Source: an uncultured Anaerolineaceae bacterium (lineage in GTDB: Bacteria; Chloroflexota; Anaerolineae; Anaerolineales; E44-bin32). Taken from it: 64,000 bases of DNA. Of the stretch, positions 37,596 to 47,493 are shown one piece after another. Position numbers and translations under genes: made by a program. The notes under the pieces were generated by a model, which saw only the letters and a list, made by a program, of their open reading frames with translations, had not been told where the DNA came from and made no database searches. Location: positions 1,500 to 65,499 of the forward strand of contig CAYYVY010000003.1 in assembly GCA_964475265.1 (NCBI GenBank), written 5' to 3'. How positions within the stretch are numbered: position 1 is the first letter of the stretch; every line of letters begins with the position of its first letter.

Positions 37596-38249
37596 ATGGC
37601 GGATGTAATCCGTCTACCCATTCAAACGAGCGATGGGCGCCCCTTGATGCACAAGTTCTACCGGCAGGTTCAGGAAGCGGAAGGTTTGATCGTCCTTCTG
37701 CCGGGAGGCAACTACGGCGTGGATGGGCCGATGTTGTACTACCTTAGCGAGATGCTGCAGGCATCCGGTTGGGATTCGTTCGCCGTGACGTATGGTTACC
37801 AAACGCGCATGGAAGAACTATCTCTGGAGACCATCCCCGGGCTGGTCGGTGAATGCATCGCCGCGCTTCAACACGTACTCTCCGAGCGAAGCTATCCCCG
37901 CATTGGATTGGCTGGAAAATCGATCGGCGCCAGTGTGGTTGCCCACATTTGCCAGGTAGAATCCGCTTTCGCTGCGGCGCGTATCGCCTTGCTCAATCCG
38001 CCGTTTGGGCATCCGTTTTTCGATTCCACTTTTCTGGAGACTGCACAGCCTGCTTTCCTGGCGACCGGCACGGCGGATCGTTTTTACGATGAGGCGGCTC
38101 TCGAAAATTTACGTGCCGCGCGAGCGTTTGAGTTGTATGTCGTCAACGACGCCGATCACAGCATGGACGTGGTGGGGAATCTCGAGGCTTCCGTGGAAGC
38201 CATGAAGCAAGTCGTCACAAAGGCCGTTGCGTTCTTGACGAACGAGTAA
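37596..38249 (+). CDS. alpha/beta hydrolase
   Basis: Nucleophile elbow GLAGKSIGA (GxSxG) and a C-terminal DADHSM. Confidence 0.6.
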   Translation: MADVIRLPIQTSDGRPLMHKFYRQVQEAEGLIVLLPGGNYGVDGPMLYYLSEMLQASGWDSFAVTYGYQTRMEELSLETIPGLVGECIAALQHVLSERSYPRIGLAGKSIGASVVAHICQVESAFAAARIALLNPPFGHPFFDSTFLETAQPAFLATGTADRFYDEAALENLRAARAFELYVVNDADHSMDVVGNLEASVEAMKQVVTKAVAFLTNE

Positions 38250-38394
38250 TCATTCTCGACAACGAAAAGGCGCGGTTATGCATTGCGCGATCCTCACTCG
38301 ACAAGTTGCTCGGCGAGGCCTGGGTTTGATCTGATTGCGCAATGCTTTCAAAGTACCCATCTTGTAGGTTATCGTGGAAGGAGGAATGAAATAT

Positions 38395-38763
38395 ATGTCA
38401 ACGAACCCTGTAAATCTTGGTGTTCGCTTTTTGCTGGAAATGGCTGCGCTGTTGATTCTCGGTTCGTGGGGTTGGCATCAGGGAGACAGTCTTTTACGCT
38501 ATCTTCTCGCGTTAGGCGTTCCCCTATTGGCGGCTTCCCTTTGGGGGACCTTCGCCGTTCCGAATGATCCCAGCCGATCCGGTCGCGCGCCCGTTCCAAT
38601 CCCCGGTTATCTCCGGCTGTTACTCGAGTTCATCTTTTTCGGTGCTGCGGTTTGGATGTTGGCTGCACTGACGTCGAACGTAAGCCCTTGGATATTGGGA
38701 GCGGTTGTCGTGCTGCACTATGTATTTTCCTACGATCGTGTCGCCTGGCTGCTCAGACAATGA
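38395..38763 (+). CDS. DUF2568 (YrdB-like) membrane protein
   Basis: NLGVRFLLEMAALLILGSWGW...WGTFAVPNDP. The ATG at 38395 lies 10 nt after GGAGG; starts at 38374 and 38386 are also possible. Confidence 0.55.
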   Translation: MSTNPVNLGVRFLLEMAALLILGSWGWHQGDSLLRYLLALGVPLLAASLWGTFAVPNDPSRSGRAPVPIPGYLRLLLEFIFFGAAVWMLAALTSNVSPWILGAVVVLHYVFSYDRVAWLLRQ

Positions 38764-38930
38764 CCGGGCAGGGATGGAAACGCTCGGGACGATTAGCCTT
38801 ATCGGCCCAGTCGTCCAGAATCGGTTTTTTATGCTGTTTCTACGCATTCAAATCGCATATACTCGAGGAGCCTGGATATGCGGAAAATTCAAGCAGCAAT
38901 CAGTGTAATCACATAGGAGGGGAAAATACG

Positions 38931-39530
38931 ATGAAGAATCAAAAAAACCCTCGCATTTGGACGACCAGGACGTTCAACCGTTTGTCCCCCTACTATGACA
39001 GATTCATGAAGCTATTCTTCCCCATCGGTGAAACCGGGCGCGAGAAAATCGTGGAGAAACTGACCGCCGGTTCGGTTCTCGACGTGGCTTGCGGCACAGG
39101 GACGCTGTTGGAGATGGCCGTTGAAAAAGGGCTGAAGTGTTACGGTATGGATCTCTCCAAAGGTATGCTTGCACAGGCGCAGCGTAAGGTACCAAACGCC
39201 AGATTCCAGCGGGGGAGTTATTATCGATTGCCTTACGCTGCGGGCACCTTCGATCAAGTCGTTGCGACGAACGCGCTCAGTAGTGACTCGATCGATGCCG
39301 GAGAAGCGCTGCATGAAATGGTCCGCGTGTGCAAGACAGGAGGAAAAGTCTTCATCGCGGAGTGGCCGAAAGCGGTGGAGGAATCAATAACCGAGAGGAT
39401 CCTGGTTTGGTTTGCGAAACTCAACGATGATGCCCCAAAAGATTTTTTTGGGATATTCCGTGAAATGGGATACGAGCCGGAAGTCGATGTTCTTGATAAG
39501 CGGTACTATATATTCACCATTCGGAAGTAA
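38931..39530 (+). CDS. class I SAM-dependent methyltransferase
   Basis: Start at MKNQKNP (GGAGGGG upstream). Motif I VLDVACGTG and a later FDQVVATNAL. Confidence 0.8.
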   Translation: MKNQKNPRIWTTRTFNRLSPYYDRFMKLFFPIGETGREKIVEKLTAGSVLDVACGTGTLLEMAVEKGLKCYGMDLSKGMLAQAQRKVPNARFQRGSYYRLPYAAGTFDQVVATNALSSDSIDAGEALHEMVRVCKTGGKVFIAEWPKAVEESITERILVWFAKLNDDAPKDFFGIFREMGYEPEVDVLDKRYYIFTIRK

Positions 39531-39723
39531 TTGCGATAAAAAAATCGAGAAGGCACAGGACGATGCAGAAGCCAAAGCTGGGTATCCTGCATCCGGATTC
39601 CATGGGCGTCTCGACTGCGGTGTCGGCGCAGCAATCCAACTGAGAGTTTACAATATATCTACAGGTAGAATAATCAATGCTGGATTTGGATCTACTACGT
39701 AAAATCGGCTGGAGGATACACGT

Positions 39724-39933
39724 ATGCGTGATAAAAGTGGATGGGTGAATAGCGTGATCGGAATTGCCGTGATCGGGAGCGCAATCACCGGTGTTGCCGC
39801 GCTTCTCGTTGCTCTGGCATCCGCGCTGAGTGGCGATTGGATGGCGGCGGGTACCTGCCTCATCGCCGCTGCCTTGGCGTTTGGCCTATTGGCAGGCGCA
39901 TTTCTTGGTGGCCAGCCAAAGCCAGGGATGTGA
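39724..39933 (+). CDS. hypothetical small membrane protein (69 aa, 2 TM)
   Basis: Two Ala/Gly-rich hydrophobic helices. There is no other support. Confidence 0.3.
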   Translation: MRDKSGWVNSVIGIAVIGSAITGVAALLVALASALSGDWMAAGTCLIAAALAFGLLAGAFLGGQPKPGM

Positions 39934-39989
39934 GACACGGTACGTTAGCGATAGGTATAATCCATTCGCTGTTTCTGGATAATAAGTAT

Positions 39990-40454
39990 TCACGCCGTAA
40001 AATCGCCGATTTCCGGATTGACTGCCTGGAGTAGATCATCCCGTTGGAGAATGATGCCTGCGTTGCGTATCCCGGCGCCGATGGAGATGGTTTCGTGGTC
40101 CATGATACGGCGGTCGGCGAGGATGCGTATGGGTCGGGGCAGGCCGAAGGGCGAAACCGCGCCCGTCTCGTATCCAGAAACCTGGCGCACTTCGTCCGCC
40201 TCCGCCGTCGTTATGCGTGAAACCCCCAGGTAATGCCGCAGTTTTTGCCAGTCGACTTTTCCCGGACCGGGCATGAGCACCAGGATGTACTTTTCATTTT
40301 CGAGTCGAAATACCAGACTGCGCACGATTTGATCCGGCAGCAGCCCTCTCTCGCTCGCTGCCTGTTCGAGCGAACGCAGCGGCGTGGAGTGGAGGTGCAG
40401 GCGATAGGGGATGTCGAACGCATCCAGGGCCTGTGTGACAGGTGTTTGTTTCAT
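39990..40454 (-). CDS. YbaK/ProX-type aminoacyl-tRNA deacylase domain protein
   Basis: IVRSLVF...VSGYETGAVSPFGL...ISIGAG is the YbaK-family pattern. It is a second paralogue of 18453-18938. Confidence 0.7.
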   Translation of the reverse strand: MKQTPVTQALDAFDIPYRLHLHSTPLRSLEQAASERGLLPDQIVRSLVFRLENEKYILVLMPGPGKVDWQKLRHYLGVSRITTAEADEVRQVSGYETGAVSPFGLPRPIRILADRRIMDHETISIGAGIRNAGIILQRDDLLQAVNPEIGDFTA

Positions 40455-40647
40455 ATACGATTAGATATTCTATCGCAGAGAAACGAAAAGTCCCTGCAGC
40501 ATGTTTTTCATGTTATCTGCTATAATACGCCGGTCGCTCGGATCTGAAGGACCGAGACGAAAAAAGTTCGACCTTTATGCATACCGCCCCGGGTCCAGGC
40601 GGAAACCCTCGGACCGTTGGGCATCTCACTCAAGGGAGGAGATAGCC

Positions 40648-41520
40648 GTGTCAGAATCATCCGAATCCGTTAAACGCAAGAAAATAACCACACGTACCTT
40701 CCAGCAGAAAAAGGCGCGCGGCGAGCCGATCACCGTGCTCACGGCCTACGACTACGCCACCGCACTGGCCGTAGACCTGGCAGAGATCGATGCCATCCTG
40801 GTCGGAGACTCGCTGGGCATGGTGGTTCTGGGCTACGAGAACACCTTGCCGGTGACGATGGACGAGATGCTGCATCACTGCAAGGCCGTGGCCAGGGGCG
40901 CCAAGTATCCGCTCTTGATTGGCGACATGCCGTTCATGTCCTATCAGGTTTCAGTCGAAGAAGCGGTACGCAATGCAGGACGCTTCCTCAAGGAAGCGGG
41001 GATGGACGCTGTGAAGCTGGAAGGCGGGCGCGAGCGTGTCCCGGTGATCGAGGCCATCGTTGCCGCGGGAATTCCGGTGCAGGGGCACCTCGGCCTCACG
41101 CCGCAGTCGGTGCATCAATTTGGGGGATATCGCGCCCAGGGCAAATCGGCGCAGGCCGCCAAACGGCTGCTCGAGGATGCCTTGCTGCTGCAGGAAGCCG
41201 GCTGCTTTTCTATCGTCTTCGAAACGATTCCCACGCGCCTGGGCCGTTTGATCTCGGAGCGGCTGGAAATTCCCACGATCGGCATCGGCGCGGGAGCCGC
41301 TTGCGACGGGCAGGTGCTGGTCTCGCACGACGTGCTGGGACTCTTCGAGCGCTTCACCCCGCGTTTCGTGAAAAAGTACGCCGACCTGCACGGTGAAATG
41401 GTAAGAGCCTTCGCTGCCTATAACAGCGACGTGACGAGCGGCCGCTTTCCAACGGACGAACACAGCATCGAGATGCCGGATGAGGAGTGGGAAGCGCTGA
41501 CTGCGCTGCTCGATGACTGA
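40648..41520 (+). CDS. panB: 3-methyl-2-oxobutanoate hydroxymethyltransferase
   Basis: GTG at 40648 lies 6 nt after GGGAGGAG. ITVLTAYDY, ILVGDSLGMVVLG and GDMPFMSY. Confidence 0.9.
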   Translation: MSESSESVKRKKITTRTFQQKKARGEPITVLTAYDYATALAVDLAEIDAILVGDSLGMVVLGYENTLPVTMDEMLHHCKAVARGAKYPLLIGDMPFMSYQVSVEEAVRNAGRFLKEAGMDAVKLEGGRERVPVIEAIVAAGIPVQGHLGLTPQSVHQFGGYRAQGKSAQAAKRLLEDALLLQEAGCFSIVFETIPTRLGRLISERLEIPTIGIGAGAACDGQVLVSHDVLGLFERFTPRFVKKYADLHGEMVRAFAAYNSDVTSGRFPTDEHSIEMPDEEWEALTALLDD

Positions 41521-41531
41521 GAGACGGAATT

Positions 41532-42452
41532 ATGGGGCGTGAGTCGGTCTTGATCGCCGGGACCGGTGCACTGGCGTGCTACTTCGCCGCACGCCTGGCG
41601 CCGCATGTCGAAGTCACGCTGCTGGGCACATGGCTGCAGGGGATCGCCGCGCTCCAGGAGAGCGGCGTGCAGCTGGTTGCAGCAGATGGTGAAGCAGGTT
41701 CCTACAAAGTGCGCGCCACGAACGATCCGGCGGATTGCGTGGGGCACGCCTGCGCCCTGGTTCTGGTGAAATCCTGGCAGACCGAGCGTGCGGCTGAGCA
41801 ATTGACTGCTTGTTTGGATGAGGATGGCGTGGCGCTGACGCTGCAAAACGGTTTGGGCAATTACGATATCCTTCGGTGCATCCTCGGCCGATCGCGGGCG
41901 GCGCAAGGGGTGACGACCACAGGCGCAACCTTATTGGGACCGGGCCGTGTTCGTGAGGGTGGAAAAGGGGCCATCCTCGTCGCCGAGCATCCGCGAGCGG
42001 CAGCGTTGGTCGACTTGTTGAAGACGGCGGGCTTTGCGGTTGAAATTGTCACAGACATGGAAAGCGTGCTCTGGGGGAAGATGGTCGTCAATGCGGCGAT
42101 CAATCCGCTGACGGCGATCCTGGGGGTTCCCAACGGAGTCTTGCTGGAGCGCCCGCATGCGCGCAGGTTGATGCAGGCTGTTGCAGCGGAAGTGGCTGCC
42201 GTGGCGCGGGCTCGCGGCGTTTCTTTGCCCTACGATGATCCGATCGCACAAGTGGAACGGGTTGCACACCAGACTGCAGAAAACCGCTCCTCCATGCTGC
42301 AGGATGTCACCCGGGGCGCGCCGACCGAAATCGACGCCATCAACGGTGCCATCGTGCAAGCGGCTGAGGAAATGAACCTGGACGTGCCGGTCACAAAAAC
42401 ACTCTGGCACTTGATTCACGGCATGATTTCGGGCAATCAGGGAGAGGTGTGA
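41532..42452 (+). CDS. panE: 2-dehydropantoate 2-reductase
   Basis: VLIAGTGALACYFAARL Rossmann motif, and SSMLQDVTRGAPTEIDAINGAIV (ApbA_C). Confidence 0.85.
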   Translation: MGRESVLIAGTGALACYFAARLAPHVEVTLLGTWLQGIAALQESGVQLVAADGEAGSYKVRATNDPADCVGHACALVLVKSWQTERAAEQLTACLDEDGVALTLQNGLGNYDILRCILGRSRAAQGVTTTGATLLGPGRVREGGKGAILVAEHPRAAALVDLLKTAGFAVEIVTDMESVLWGKMVVNAAINPLTAILGVPNGVLLERPHARRLMQAVAAEVAAVARARGVSLPYDDPIAQVERVAHQTAENRSSMLQDVTRGAPTEIDAINGAIVQAAEEMNLDVPVTKTLWHLIHGMISGNQGEV

Positions 42453-43288
42453 TGAGAATCGTGGAGAGCATACTAGAACTACGAACAGCACGCGGGCAAC
42501 TCGAATCGCCATTAGGCTTCGTACCGACGATGGGGTTCCTGCACGAAGGGCACCTGTCGCTCGTGCGTCAGGCGCGTCAGGAATGCGGAAGCGTCGCGGT
42601 GAGCATTTTCGTCAATCCCACGCAGTTCGGACCGCAGGAGGATTTGGCCGCCTACCCGCGGGATCTCGAACGCGATCTGGGACTTCTCAAAGCCGAAGGG
42701 GTCGATCTGGTTTGGACGCCGACGACGGCGACGATGTATCCGGACGGCTACCAGACCTGGGTGTCGGTCGAAGAATTAACGCAGCACCTGGAGGGTGAGC
42801 AGCGGCCGGGGCATTTTCGCGGCGTGACGACGATCGTGGCGAAATTGTTCAACGCCGTGGGGCCCGATCGGGCCTACTTCGGGCAAAAAGATGCCCAGCA
42901 GGCGACGGTGATTCGCCGCATGAGCGCCGATTTGGATTTTCCCATTCAGATCGTCGTTTGTCCAACCGTGCGGGAAGCGGACGGTCTGGCAAAGTCGAGC
43001 CGCAACACGTACTTAAACGAAGCACAACGAAAGGCCGCGACGGTGCTTTTTCGCTCGCTGAATGCAGCCGTGCAGGCATTCGAAAGCGGGGAGCGCAAGG
43101 CGCAAACGCTGCGGGAGACGATGTCGACGGTGCTTGCCGGAGAGCCGTTGGCGGAGGTGCAGTACATATCTGTGGCCGATCCGGACACCCTGGAAGAATC
43201 GTCGGGAGAGATCACACGGGCACTGCTTTCGATGGCCGTTTTCATTGGCAAGACGCGTTTGATCGACAACATGCTGGTTGGAGAGTGA
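42452..43288 (+). CDS. panC: pantoate--beta-alanine ligase
   Basis: GFVPTMGFLHEGHLSLV and FGQKDAQQ. ATG 42452 is preferred to GTG 42449 on RBS spacing. Confidence 0.9.
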   Translation: MRIVESILELRTARGQLESPLGFVPTMGFLHEGHLSLVRQARQECGSVAVSIFVNPTQFGPQEDLAAYPRDLERDLGLLKAEGVDLVWTPTTATMYPDGYQTWVSVEELTQHLEGEQRPGHFRGVTTIVAKLFNAVGPDRAYFGQKDAQQATVIRRMSADLDFPIQIVVCPTVREADGLAKSSRNTYLNEAQRKAATVLFRSLNAAVQAFESGERKAQTLRETMSTVLAGEPLAEVQYISVADPDTLEESSGEITRALLSMAVFIGKTRLIDNMLVGE

Positions 43289-43312
43289 TTGTAGAGCTGA
43301 GGAGAGAGAATC

Positions 43313-44077
43313 ATGCTGTTAGCCATTGACATCGGCAACACGAACATCACCCTGGGCCTGTATCAGGCTGCAGAAATGAAAGCAGCCTGGCGTTTGGCGA
43401 CGGCGCACGAACGCATGCCCGACGAGTATGGACTGCAGATGTTGGGACTGCTGCAGCACGTCGAACATGGACCGGACGTTGTGGACGGGGTGGTGATGGC
43501 TTCGGTGGTGCCGCCGCTCACGGGTACCTTTCAACAGGCGTGCAAGGAATACATCGGCCAGACGCCGTTGGTGGTCGATGCCGGCGTGAAAACCGGTGTG
43601 CGCATCCGCTACGAGGATCCGAAGGCTGTCGGCGCCGACCGGGTGGTCGACGCGGCGGCGGTGCAGCACTTGTATGGCGGCCCGGCGTGCGTCGTAGATT
43701 TCGGTACCGCGACCACGTTCGACGCCATTTCCGCCGAGGGGGACTATCTGGGGGGAGCCATCGCGCCGGGAATCGGAATCGCCGCAGAGGCACTCTTTCA
43801 ACGCACGGCGAAGCTGCCGCGCGTGGAACTCTCCCGACCCCCGGCGGCGATCGGTAAGAACACCGTCCATGCCATGCAGTCCGGCCTGCTGTATGGTTAT
43901 GTGGGTCTGGTGGAAGGCATGGTGGACCGCTTCCGAGCCGAGTTGGGTCCTAAGATGAAGGTTATTGGCACGGGGGGATTGACCGAGATCATCGCAGCAG
44001 AAACGACTGTGATTCAAATCGTTGCCCCATGGCTCACGCTCGATGGTTTGCGCCTCATCTGGGAAATAAACTGCTGA
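43313..44077 (+). CDS. coaX: type III pantothenate kinase
   Basis: MLLAIDIGNTNITLGLY, VDFGTATTFD and GTGG. Confidence 0.9.
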   Translation: MLLAIDIGNTNITLGLYQAAEMKAAWRLATAHERMPDEYGLQMLGLLQHVEHGPDVVDGVVMASVVPPLTGTFQQACKEYIGQTPLVVDAGVKTGVRIRYEDPKAVGADRVVDAAAVQHLYGGPACVVDFGTATTFDAISAEGDYLGGAIAPGIGIAAEALFQRTAKLPRVELSRPPAAIGKNTVHAMQSGLLYGYVGLVEGMVDRFRAELGPKMKVIGTGGLTEIIAAETTVIQIVAPWLTLDGLRLIWEINC

Positions 44078-44171
44078 TTTACCTGTTTTCGCAGCGGACC
44101 GAATCGAAGTCCAGTGTAGATAACTGGGCCGGTCCTTGGTACACTTCTGCTTTGTAACCGAGGAGAAGCGC

Positions 44172-45149
44172 ATGAATCGCACTAGAGCCCACGCCGGAGA
44201 AGATGTACCTTCAGTGGAAGGACGCCCGGATGCGGCGCGCAAGCAGGATGCACAGGAAACGATCGATCCCGCCGGGTTGATCAGCCTGATGATCGTATAC
44301 CTCGCCTACGGCAGCACGTACCTGGCGATTCGCGTCGCCGTGCGTCCCGGCGGGGGTTTTTCACCGTTCACCCTCGGTTTCATGCGTCTGGTTCTGGCAG
44401 GCATCATTCTCCTGGTTTGGGGTGTGATGCGCAGGAAGCGCATGCTGCCACTGCGAGAGGAATGGCCCGTGCTCATCGGATCGGGGGTTCTCTTTTGGAC
44501 CATCGCCAACGGGCTTGTGGGGTGGGCGGAAATGCGTGCCGCTTCGGGATTGGCGGCGCTGATCGTCGCCTTTACACCGATTTGGGTGGCTTTTATCGAA
44601 TCTTTGATCGACCGTCGCCCACCGTCGTTTTTACTCTTCTTCTCGTTGCTGCTTGGATTTGGCGGCATCGTTCTCTTGAGTGTCCCTTCGCTGCAATCCG
44701 GTGTGCAGGCCGATCTGTACTCGCTGATCGCGCTGCTCGGCGCTTCCTGCAGCTGGGGGCTCGGTTCCGTGCTTCAAAGCAGACGCAAGGTTAGTCTCTC
44801 GCCGGAGGTGAGTTCGGGGTATCAGCAGCTTATCGGCGGCCTTGGTTTCATCATCAGCATTCTCCTCGCCGGCGACAGGTTGCCCACACCGACGGGCGAA
44901 GCCTGGGTGGCCTGGGGATATCTCGTACTGGTTGGCTCGGTTTTGGGGTTCACGGCATTCACGCAGGCTCTCAAGCTCCTGCCTTCCAGCGTGGCCATGA
45001 CCTACGCGTATGTAAATCCGGTGATTGCGGTCATATTGGGGGCGGTCATCTTGGGCGAGGAGATCACGCTGTGGACGTTTGCGGGCGCGAGCTTGGTGCT
45101 GCTGGGGGTAGCAGGCGTTTTCCGGGAGCGTTATGGCGGCATCTCGTAG
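44172..45149 (+). CDS. EamA/DMT family transporter
   Basis: 10-TM pattern with two EamA halves. The ATG at 44172 lies 6 nt after GAGGAG. Confidence 0.75.
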   Translation: MNRTRAHAGEDVPSVEGRPDAARKQDAQETIDPAGLISLMIVYLAYGSTYLAIRVAVRPGGGFSPFTLGFMRLVLAGIILLVWGVMRRKRMLPLREEWPVLIGSGVLFWTIANGLVGWAEMRAASGLAALIVAFTPIWVAFIESLIDRRPPSFLLFFSLLLGFGGIVLLSVPSLQSGVQADLYSLIALLGASCSWGLGSVLQSRRKVSLSPEVSSGYQQLIGGLGFIISILLAGDRLPTPTGEAWVAWGYLVLVGSVLGFTAFTQALKLLPSSVAMTYAYVNPVIAVILGAVILGEEITLWTFAGASLVLLGVAGVFRERYGGIS

Positions 45150-45266
45150 GACGAAGCGTCGTTCGGATTTCTATACAGCGTTGTGCGTGAGCGGAAATCA
45201 ACGGGGCTGTTCAACTTGAACAGCCCCATTCTCGTCCACTGATCGTTGCTTGTGGTTGACCTGCGC

Positions 45267-47327
45267 TCAGCTTATCTTGTCCGCCGCCAGAAGTTCTGCG
45301 TCCTGCGCTCGCGCAACCTTGCGTCCTTCCGCCACGTCTACCGTGGTTAACAGCCAACCACCGATGATGAAGAAGGCGATCAAACTCAGAATGGCGGGCC
45401 GGCTGCTGGCGAACGCCGCGCCGGCGGCTGCAAAGAGGATTGGACCCAGGACGGCGGAAAACTTCTCCATTACGCCGAACAGGCCGAAAAATTCTCCACT
45501 TTTCGCCGCGGGTGACATGACGGCGTACAGGCTGCGGCTTAGCGCCTGGCTGCCGCCCTGGACCGTGGCGACCATCCAGGCCAGGAACCAAAATTCGATG
45601 GTCGAGTTAAGGAAGTAGCCCCAGGCCGCAATGACTGCATACGCCAGCAGGGCCAGGATGATGCTGTGCTTCGTGTCCAGTTTGGCGGCGAGTTTGGAGA
45701 AAAGCCGGTCTCCGACAAGCCAGGCAAACAGCAGCCCAACGATCTGCAAGACCAGGATCAGGCCGAGGATGACGAGCAGACTTTGTTGGCGCGCGGCCGG
45801 CATGACCTCGAATGCGGCGATCGAGATCGTGTTTCCGGCGCTTTCCGCATTCCGATCCGGTGTGTTGATCAGGGAAAGGGTATGGACTCCGGCTTCGTCG
45901 ATCTCGATGGTGTCGGAGAGGACGCCGTAACGCGTAGTGGAAGCGTACGTATCGAGCGTAAGCTCCGTTCCTTCCGAGTCCAGGTAGGGTTCTCCGTCGA
46001 TTTCGACGGCCCAGATGCCCCCGTCCGGTCCTTCGCTGTACGTGAATTGAACTTCCTGCCCGTTGAAAGTGAAATCGAGGCGCGTGTCCGAATCACTGGT
46101 TTGTCGATAGATAACGTCTTCTACGCTTTCACCGAACAGGCGATTGATGAACTCGAAGAAACCGCCCCCGCTGATCTCGCTGGCAGAGACTTCCTCGTCG
46201 CGCCAATTGCCTGTGAACGAAATCGTCTCATGATCCACATCATGTATACCTTCGCCGGCGGCTGCAGCAGTGGCCTGGAAGACCGCGGGCTTCGATCCTG
46301 TAACGTCTGCAGGGAGCAGTTTAAGGCCCAGGACGCCAACGAGGGGCAGCATGATTATGTTGAAGACGATGAAAGCCAGATAGAACGATCTGCGTTTTTC
46401 ACGAGGGCTGGGAATTCGGCCGAAGATCAAACTGAAGGGAATGCCTACGAACTGCACCAGCAGAAGGGCGAGAATCAACTCGACCGTGCCGAAGCCAAGT
46501 TCGGCGCCGTAGATCGCGGCGACGCCGATGATCGTGCCGATGCCATCGTTGTAAATCAAGAAGGCGAGTAGAAATTTAAAGAGTTGACGATATTGGCGAA
46601 TATCTTTGAAGGTTTCACGCAGTCGTTTGAAACTTGCCGAGATAACGTTCTCTCTAGAACCAAGTTCAGCGGTGGCCGCGGGCGGTTCGGGTATGATGCG
46701 CAGCATTGGGACGGTGAAAATCGCCCACCAGACGGCAACACTGAGAAACGATAGGCGGGAGCCCAACGTCCCGGGCAGCATTTGAATCATGGCCACGTTT
46801 ACCGCCAGAAGGATGCCGCCGCCCAGGTATCCGAGTGCGTATCCGCGAGTCGAAACTCGATCGCGATCGTCTTCCTTGGCCACATGCGGCAGCAGTGCGT
46901 CGTAGAAGACATTCGCTCCAGTAAATCCAATGCGGCCGAGCACGAACAGGATCGACGCCAATACCCAGTCACCCGTCTGAATGAAAACCATCAGCCCGGT
47001 GGCCACGATGCCGATACCTGCGAAAACCGACAGAAAACCTTTTTTACCGCGTTTGATGTCGGATATCGTGCCGAGGATCGGGGAGAGCAGAGCGATGACG
47101 AAGAGCGAGATGGATAGGCCCAGGCTCCAAAGCGCCGTCGCAGCGGCGCGACTGGGCAGCGTCGCGCCGGCCACCTGGCTGTAATAAATCGGCAGCACGG
47201 CGGCCAGGATCGTCGTAGCGAAGGCGGAGTTTGCCCAATCGTACAGCGTCCAAGCGCGGATGCGGCGTTTGTATTCCATTTCACTGATTCCGTTATACGC
47301 GGCGACGGTTGCGGCTGCCATGTGCAC
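45267..47327 (-). CDS. MFS transporter, UMF1 (Atg22-like) family, with a roughly 175-aa soluble insertion
   Basis: AWTLYDWANSAFATTILAAVLPIYY is the UMF1 N-terminal signature. Residues about 340-515 (nt about 45783-46310) are non-hydrophobic and beta-rich (RLDFTFNGQEVQFTYSEGPDGGIWAVEIDGEPY ... GVHTLSLINTPDRNAESAGNTISIAAFEV). Confidence 0.7.
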   Translation of the reverse strand: MHMAAATVAAYNGISEMEYKRRIRAWTLYDWANSAFATTILAAVLPIYYSQVAGATLPSRAAATALWSLGLSISLFVIALLSPILGTISDIKRGKKGFLSVFAGIGIVATGLMVFIQTGDWVLASILFVLGRIGFTGANVFYDALLPHVAKEDDRDRVSTRGYALGYLGGGILLAVNVAMIQMLPGTLGSRLSFLSVAVWWAIFTVPMLRIIPEPPAATAELGSRENVISASFKRLRETFKDIRQYRQLFKFLLAFLIYNDGIGTIIGVAAIYGAELGFGTVELILALLLVQFVGIPFSLIFGRIPSPREKRRSFYLAFIVFNIIMLPLVGVLGLKLLPADVTGSKPAVFQATAAAAGEGIHDVDHETISFTGNWRDEEVSASEISGGGFFEFINRLFGESVEDVIYRQTSDSDTRLDFTFNGQEVQFTYSEGPDGGIWAVEIDGEPYLDSEGTELTLDTYASTTRYGVLSDTIEIDEAGVHTLSLINTPDRNAESAGNTISIAAFEVMPAARQQSLLVILGLILVLQIVGLLFAWLVGDRLFSKLAAKLDTKHSIILALLAYAVIAAWGYFLNSTIEFWFLAWMVATVQGGSQALSRSLYAVMSPAAKSGEFFGLFGVMEKFSAVLGPILFAAAGAAFASSRPAILSLIAFFIIGGWLLTTVDVAEGRKVARAQDAELLAADKIS

Positions 47328-47493
47328 CTCCTTCTTGGCATGCCTCGACGAAATTATCGAATCGATTTATCGGGCACTCTACATTACGAAAGGACCACCA
47401 AACATGGAATTGCTTCCTGGCGGTATTATCGCATCATAATGGGCAAAATTAAATAACCCATCACAAGCTCGAAAGCGTGGCGTCTCGTTCTCG

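Noticed and set aside
43319-46571. Other long shadow ORFs in this range: 43319-44242 (minus) and 45666-46571 (plus). The same applies outside it to 58641-59516 (minus), 62334-63095 (minus), 62258-62956 (plus), 63237-63767 (minus) and 29497-30132 (plus).
   Set aside because: Same reasoning as above. They overlap well-supported coaX, MFS, coaBC, DmpA, bactofilin and PMP-repeat genes on the opposite strand or in another frame, and they have no recognisable motifs.
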